In this document: piece after piece, positions 60,580 through 64,000 of the stretch | How the letters are laid out: every line of letters begins with the position of its first letter | Position numbering within the stretch: position 1 is the stretch's first letter | Source of the DNA: Gammaproteobacteria bacterium | Lineage (GTDB): Bacteria > Pseudomonadota > Gammaproteobacteria > JABABF01 | NCBI GenBank assembly: GCA_965237805.1 | Contig: OZ250153.1 | Location: 1 to 64,000 of the forward strand | DNA length: 64,000 nucleotides | Direction: 5' to 3' | Notes under the pieces: generated by a model | What the model saw: the letters and a program-made list of their open reading frames with translations, nothing else | The model's database searches: none | What the model was told of the DNA's origin: nothing | Made by a program: the position numbers and the translations under genes

Positions 60580-61899
60580 TCAAGCCGCCACCTCGACCAT
60601 TGCTACGGCGATGCGCTCGACTTCGTCGCGGCTTGCGATATAGGGTGGCATCGAGTAGATCAAGCGACCGAAGGGGCGCAGCCAGACACCGCGATCGAGC
60701 AGGCGGCGTTGTAGCGCGGCGGGGTCGGCGGGTGGCGCGTGCAATTCGATCACGCCGATGGCGCCCAGACAGCGCACATCTGCGACACCAGGCAGTTGCC
60801 GCGCTGGCTCGAGCAGTTGTCGAAAAGCGCTTTCAATCGCTGCGACGCGCTGCTGCCAAGGCGATTCTAGTAGCAAGTCCACGCTCTCCGCTGCCACTGC
60901 GCAGGCCAGTGGATTGGCCATGAAAGTCGGGCCGTGTAGCAGGCCACCCGCTTCGCTAGCATCGACACCTGCCGCCACCTCGGCGTTACACAGCGTGGCA
61001 CCGAGGCTCAGATAGCCACCCGTCAGCGCTTTGCCTATGCACAGCACATCGGCCGTCACTTTGGCGTGTTCGCAGGCAAATAGCCGTCCGCTACGACCGA
61101 ATCCAGTCGCGATTTCGTCGGCGATCAACAGCAGCTCGTGCTGATCGCACAGTGCGCGCAGCTGGCGCAGGTAGTCGGCGGAGTAAAACCACATGCCGCC
61201 AGCTCCCTGCACCACCGGCTCGACAATCACGGCGGCGATGCGTTGACCGTGCTGTTCGAGCAGCTGTGCCATCGGTGCTAGTTCCGCATCTGTGCAGTCG
61301 GTGCCAAAGGGTGTGGCTGGTCGCGGCGCAAAATATTGCCGCGGCATGCCGCCGCGAAACAAATGATGCATGCCAGCCACCGGATCGCAGACCGACATCG
61401 CACCGAAGCTGTCGCCGTGGTAGCCGCCGCGCAGGGCGACGAAGCGCTGCCGTTGGGTCTGCCCGCGGCCGCGCCAGTACTGCAGGGCCATCTTCAGTGC
61501 GATCTCCACGGCCATCGAGCCGGAGTCGCTGTAGAACAGATGCTCAAAGCGTCCCGGTGCCAGTGCCAGCAAGCGTTGTCCTAGCTGTACGGCTGGCGGA
61601 TGGCTCAGGCCGCCGAACATCACATGGCTCATCTGCCGCAGTTGCTTGGTGGCGGCGGCGTTGAGGCGCGGGTGGTTGTAGCCGTGGATGGCGCTCCACC
61701 AAGAGGACATACCGTCGATGACGCGGCGACCATCGTCCAATTGCAGCTGCACACCGTCTGCGGCGACCACTGATGGGCGCTGTTCGGCGTGGTGGGATGC
61801 TTCGTAGGGATGCCATAGGTGCAGGCGGTCGAACTCCGCCGCATCGGCCTGCGCTACGCTATCTTTAGTCGAGGAGATAGTCGACCGCCTTGGCCTCAT
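60580..61899 (-). CDS. bioA: adenosylmethionine-8-amino-7-oxononanoate aminotransferase
   Basis: [47 protein letters not shown]; start uncertain. Confidence 0.95.
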   Translation of the reverse strand: MRPRRSTISSTKDSVAQADAAEFDRLHLWHPYEASHHAEQRPSVVAADGVQLQLDDGRRVIDGMSSWWSAIHGYNHPRLNAAATKQLRQMSHVMFGGLSHPPAVQLGQRLLALAPGRFEHLFYSDSGSMAVEIALKMALQYWRGRGQTQRQRFVALRGGYHGDSFGAMSVCDPVAGMHHLFRGGMPRQYFAPRPATPFGTDCTDAELAPMAQLLEQHGQRIAAVIVEPVVQGAGGMWFYSADYLRQLRALCDQHELLLIADEIATGFGRSGRLFACEHAKVTADVLCIGKALTGGYLSLGATLCNAEVAAGVDASEAGGLLHGPTFMANPLACAVAAESVDLLLESPWQQRVAAIESAFRQLLEPARQLPGVADVRCLGAIGVIELHAPPADPAALQRRLLDRGVWLRPFGRLIYSMPPYIASRDEVERIAVAMVEVAA

Positions 61900-62845
61900 C
61901 GCGCAATTCCTGCGCTGAGTCATCCATGCGCTGGCGGCTGAAGCCATTGCACTCCAGATTCTCTACCAGCTGCCAATCGCCATCGACGCAGCGCACCGGC
62001 ATTGAGTAAACCAGCCCTGCTTCGATATCGTAGGCACCGTTGCTGACGATGCCCATACTGGTCCACTGTCCCGGTGGGGTGCCCAATATCCAAGTGCGCA
62101 TATGTTGCAGAGCGGCATTGGCAGCTGAAGCCGCACTGGAAGAGCCGCGCGCTTCGATAACGGCGGCACCACGCTTTTGCACGGCGGAGATAAATTGCTC
62201 GCGGTACCACTGGCCATCAATCTGCTCCAAGGCGGGGTTGCCGTGGATGGTGGCGTGGTGCAGGTCGGGGTATTGTGTGGTCGAGTGGTTGCCCCAGATA
62301 ATGACGCCGTCCACTTCACCAGCATCGACACCGGCTTGGGCAGCCAGCAGGGCGCAGGCTCGGTTGTGATCCAACTGCGTCATGGCGCTGAAGCGGTGCG
62401 GCGGCAGTCGCGGCGCGCAACGCTGGGCGATCCTAGCGTTGGTGTTGGCCGGGTTGCCGACCACCAGCACCCGCACATCGTCGGCTGCGTGGTCGTTGAG
62501 TGCGCGTCCTTGCTCAACGAAAATGCGGGCGTTGGCATCTAATAAATCGCGGCGCTCCATCCCCTTGCGACGCGGGTATGCGCCGACCAACACGACGCTG
62601 TTGGCATCGCGGAAAGCGCGCTTGGCATCGCTCTCCAGCTCGATCGAGTGCAGTAAGGGGAAGGCACCGTCCTGCAATTCCATCGCCACGCCTTCCAGCG
62701 CTTGCATGGCGGGCGGGATTTCCAGCAGACTCAGGATGATCGGTTGTTCTGAACCCAGCATTTCACCAGCGGCGATGCGGAACAACAGGCTATAGCTAAT
62801 CTGCCCAGCAGCTCCGCTGATCGCTATTCTGTGCTCTGCAACCAT
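61865..62845 (-). CDS. mdh: malate dehydrogenase (type 2)
   Basis: [48 protein letters not shown]. Confidence 0.96.
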   Translation of the reverse strand: MVAEHRIAISGAAGQISYSLLFRIAAGEMLGSEQPIILSLLEIPPAMQALEGVAMELQDGAFPLLHSIELESDAKRAFRDANSVVLVGAYPRRKGMERRDLLDANARIFVEQGRALNDHAADDVRVLVVGNPANTNARIAQRCAPRLPPHRFSAMTQLDHNRACALLAAQAGVDAGEVDGVIIWGNHSTTQYPDLHHATIHGNPALEQIDGQWYREQFISAVQKRGAAVIEARGSSSAASAANAALQHMRTWILGTPPGQWTSMGIVSNGAYDIEAGLVYSMPVRCVDGDWQLVENLECNGFSRQRMDDSAQELRDEAKAVDYLLD

Positions 62846-62890
62846 GCCTGTTCCCACCACTGATGCAAGGCGATTTTTACGGTATCGCGC

Positions 62891-62899
62891 ATTATAGCA
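62891..62899 (-). promoter_or_regulatory. putative extended -10 promoter of mdh
   Basis: Minus strand TGCTATAAT about 45 nt upstream of the ATG. Confidence 0.5.
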
Positions 62900-62961
62900 A
62901 GGGCTTGTCAAAGTCTTGATGCGACGGCGATGCAGCTGTTGCCACCGAACGCTGCCCGCAT

Positions 62962-62991
62962 TTGCACCAGCTGCCTGCTTAGGTCTAAAAT
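62962..62991 (+). promoter_or_regulatory. putative sigma70 promoter of tRNA-Glu/tRNA-Gly
   Basis: TTGCAC-18 nt-TAAAAT followed by a purine/G-rich stretch. Confidence 0.5.
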
Positions 62992-63024
62992 AGGGGCAAG
63001 TGGCGATACGCCAGATCAATCCCC

Positions 63025-63097
63025 GTCCCCTTCGTCTAGCGGCCTAGGACCCCGCCCTTTCACGGCGGTAACGGGGGTTCGAGTCCCCCAGGGGACG
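63025..63097 (+). tRNA. tRNA-Glu(UUC); CCA not encoded
   Basis: GTCCCCT...AGGGGACG; anticodon arm CCGCC-CTTTCAC-GGCGG. Confidence 0.95.
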
Positions 63098-63140
63098 CGG
63101 TGGCACTTCGGTAATTGGCGGCGCGATGATGGTACCCCAT

Positions 63141-63216
63141 GCGGGAATAGCTCAGTTGGCAGAGCGCAACCTTGCCAAGGTTGAGGTCGCCGGTTCGAGA
63201 CCGGTTTCCCGCTCCA
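63141..63216 (+). tRNA. tRNA-Gly(GCC)
   Basis: GCGGGAA...TTCCCGCTCCA; anticodon arm CAACC-TTGCCAA-GGTTG. Confidence 0.96.
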
Positions 63217-63324
63217 TGTGCCCGGCAGCAGTAGGCGATAGCGTGTTATGAGGCCATTCCTGCATCGACCATTGGGTTGTAGCTGGCACGGTGGCGCTGG
63301 GTATCCGCTTGCGCTGAGATTGCC

Positions 63325-64000
63325 ATGAGCGTCCCGGCACTGTCGATCTCAGGTCTGAGCAAAACTTTCCCCGGCGGTTTGCTGGCGCTGGATCAGATCA
63401 GCTTGGAAGTGCAGCAGGGCGATTTCTTCGCTCTGCTGGGCCCCAATGGGGCGGGAAAATCCACCACCATCAGCATCATCACATCGCTGATTAGCAAAAG
63501 CGCGGGTACTGTACGCATCTTTGGCATCGACATCGACGAGGATTTCCCGGCTGCGCGTGCCGTCGTCGGCATGGTGCCGCAGGAGCTCAATTTCAATATG
63601 TTCGAGACGGTGCTCAACATCGTCGTCACCCAAGCGGGCTTCTACGGCATCAAGCGCAAGACCGCACTGCAGCGTGCCGAGCACTACCTCCGGCAGCTGT
63701 CGCTCTGGGACAAGCGTCGCGAAATCGCCCGCGCCCTGTCTGGCGGCATGAAACGGCGCCTGTTGGTTGCCCGAGCACTGCTGCATCACCCGCGCCTGTT
63801 GATCCTCGATGAGCCGACTGCTGGTGTCGATCTTGAATTGAGGCACTCGATGTGGGGTTTCCTGCGCCGACTCAATCGGGAGGAGGGGGTCAGTATCATC
63901 CTCACCACCCATTATCTGGAAGAGGCCGAAGAGCTGTGCCAGAACCTGGCCATCCTTGACCGCGGCAAAATCGTCCACCGAGGCACTGTGGCCGGGGCCA
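63325..64000 (+). CDS. ABC transporter ATP-binding protein (YadG-like), truncated by window end
   Basis: MSVPALSISGLSK, GDFFALLGPNGAGKST, LSGGMKRRL, LDEPTAGVD, ILTTHYLEEAE; absent from the ORF track because it has no stop in the window. Confidence 0.92.
   Translation, partial: MSVPALSISGLSKTFPGGLLALDQISLEVQQGDFFALLGPNGAGKSTTISIITSLISKSAGTVRIFGIDIDEDFPAARAVVGMVPQELNFNMFETVLNIVVTQAGFYGIKRKTALQRAEHYLRQLSLWDKRREIARALSGGMKRRLLVARALLHHPRLLILDEPTAGVDLELRHSMWGFLRRLNREEGVSIILTTHYLEEAEELCQNLAILDRGKIVHRGTVAGA

Noticed and set aside
50843-60580. Intact integrative element at tRNA-Pro(GGG)
   Set aside because: No integrase and no duplicated tRNA 3' end (attR) was seen, and GC resembles the backbone
63349-63978. 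209-aa minus-strand ORF at the window end
   Set aside because: It is the antisense shadow of the plus-strand ABC ATPase starting at 63325

Overview
GC-rich (by eye about 60-65%) chromosomal window from a gammaproteobacterium. The gene order is Pseudomonadales/Cellvibrionales-like, but intergenic spacers are very short, proteins are divergent and several usual neighbours are absent, which suggests a streamlined, possibly host-associated lineage (inference). It is mostly housekeeping: truA-trpFBA-accD-folC-dedD-cvpA-purF-metZ; acnB; lpxH/glnS-cysS/folD; a GldAFG-like ABC exporter; rne-tRNA-Ser-tusDCBE-trmA; uvrB; thrS-infC-rpmI-rplT-pheST-ihfA; bioA, mdh; and 9 tRNAs. The accessory content is as follows. 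(i) Directly after tRNA-Pro(GGG) lies an operon of two tandem Cys-rich, secreted DUF3604 (PHP-like metallohydrolase) paralogs, a PpiC-type foldase and a HupE/UreJ-family metal transporter; this is the best candidate for an uncharacterised system. (ii) A surface-glycan block holds a sugar transferase, two tandem O-antigen-ligase/TPR proteins and a DHH protein. (iii) An orphan DNA methyltransferase sits beside an AT-rich lipoprotein gene. (iv) Three decayed genes are not evident from the ORF track: type I R-M hsdM fragments and a DUF3800-like remnant at the tRNA-Asn 3' end, and a DUF4345-like pseudogene upstream of a GMC oxidoreductase. No CRISPR array, rRNA, integrase or transposase was seen. 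All family assignments come from motif recognition, not database searches.
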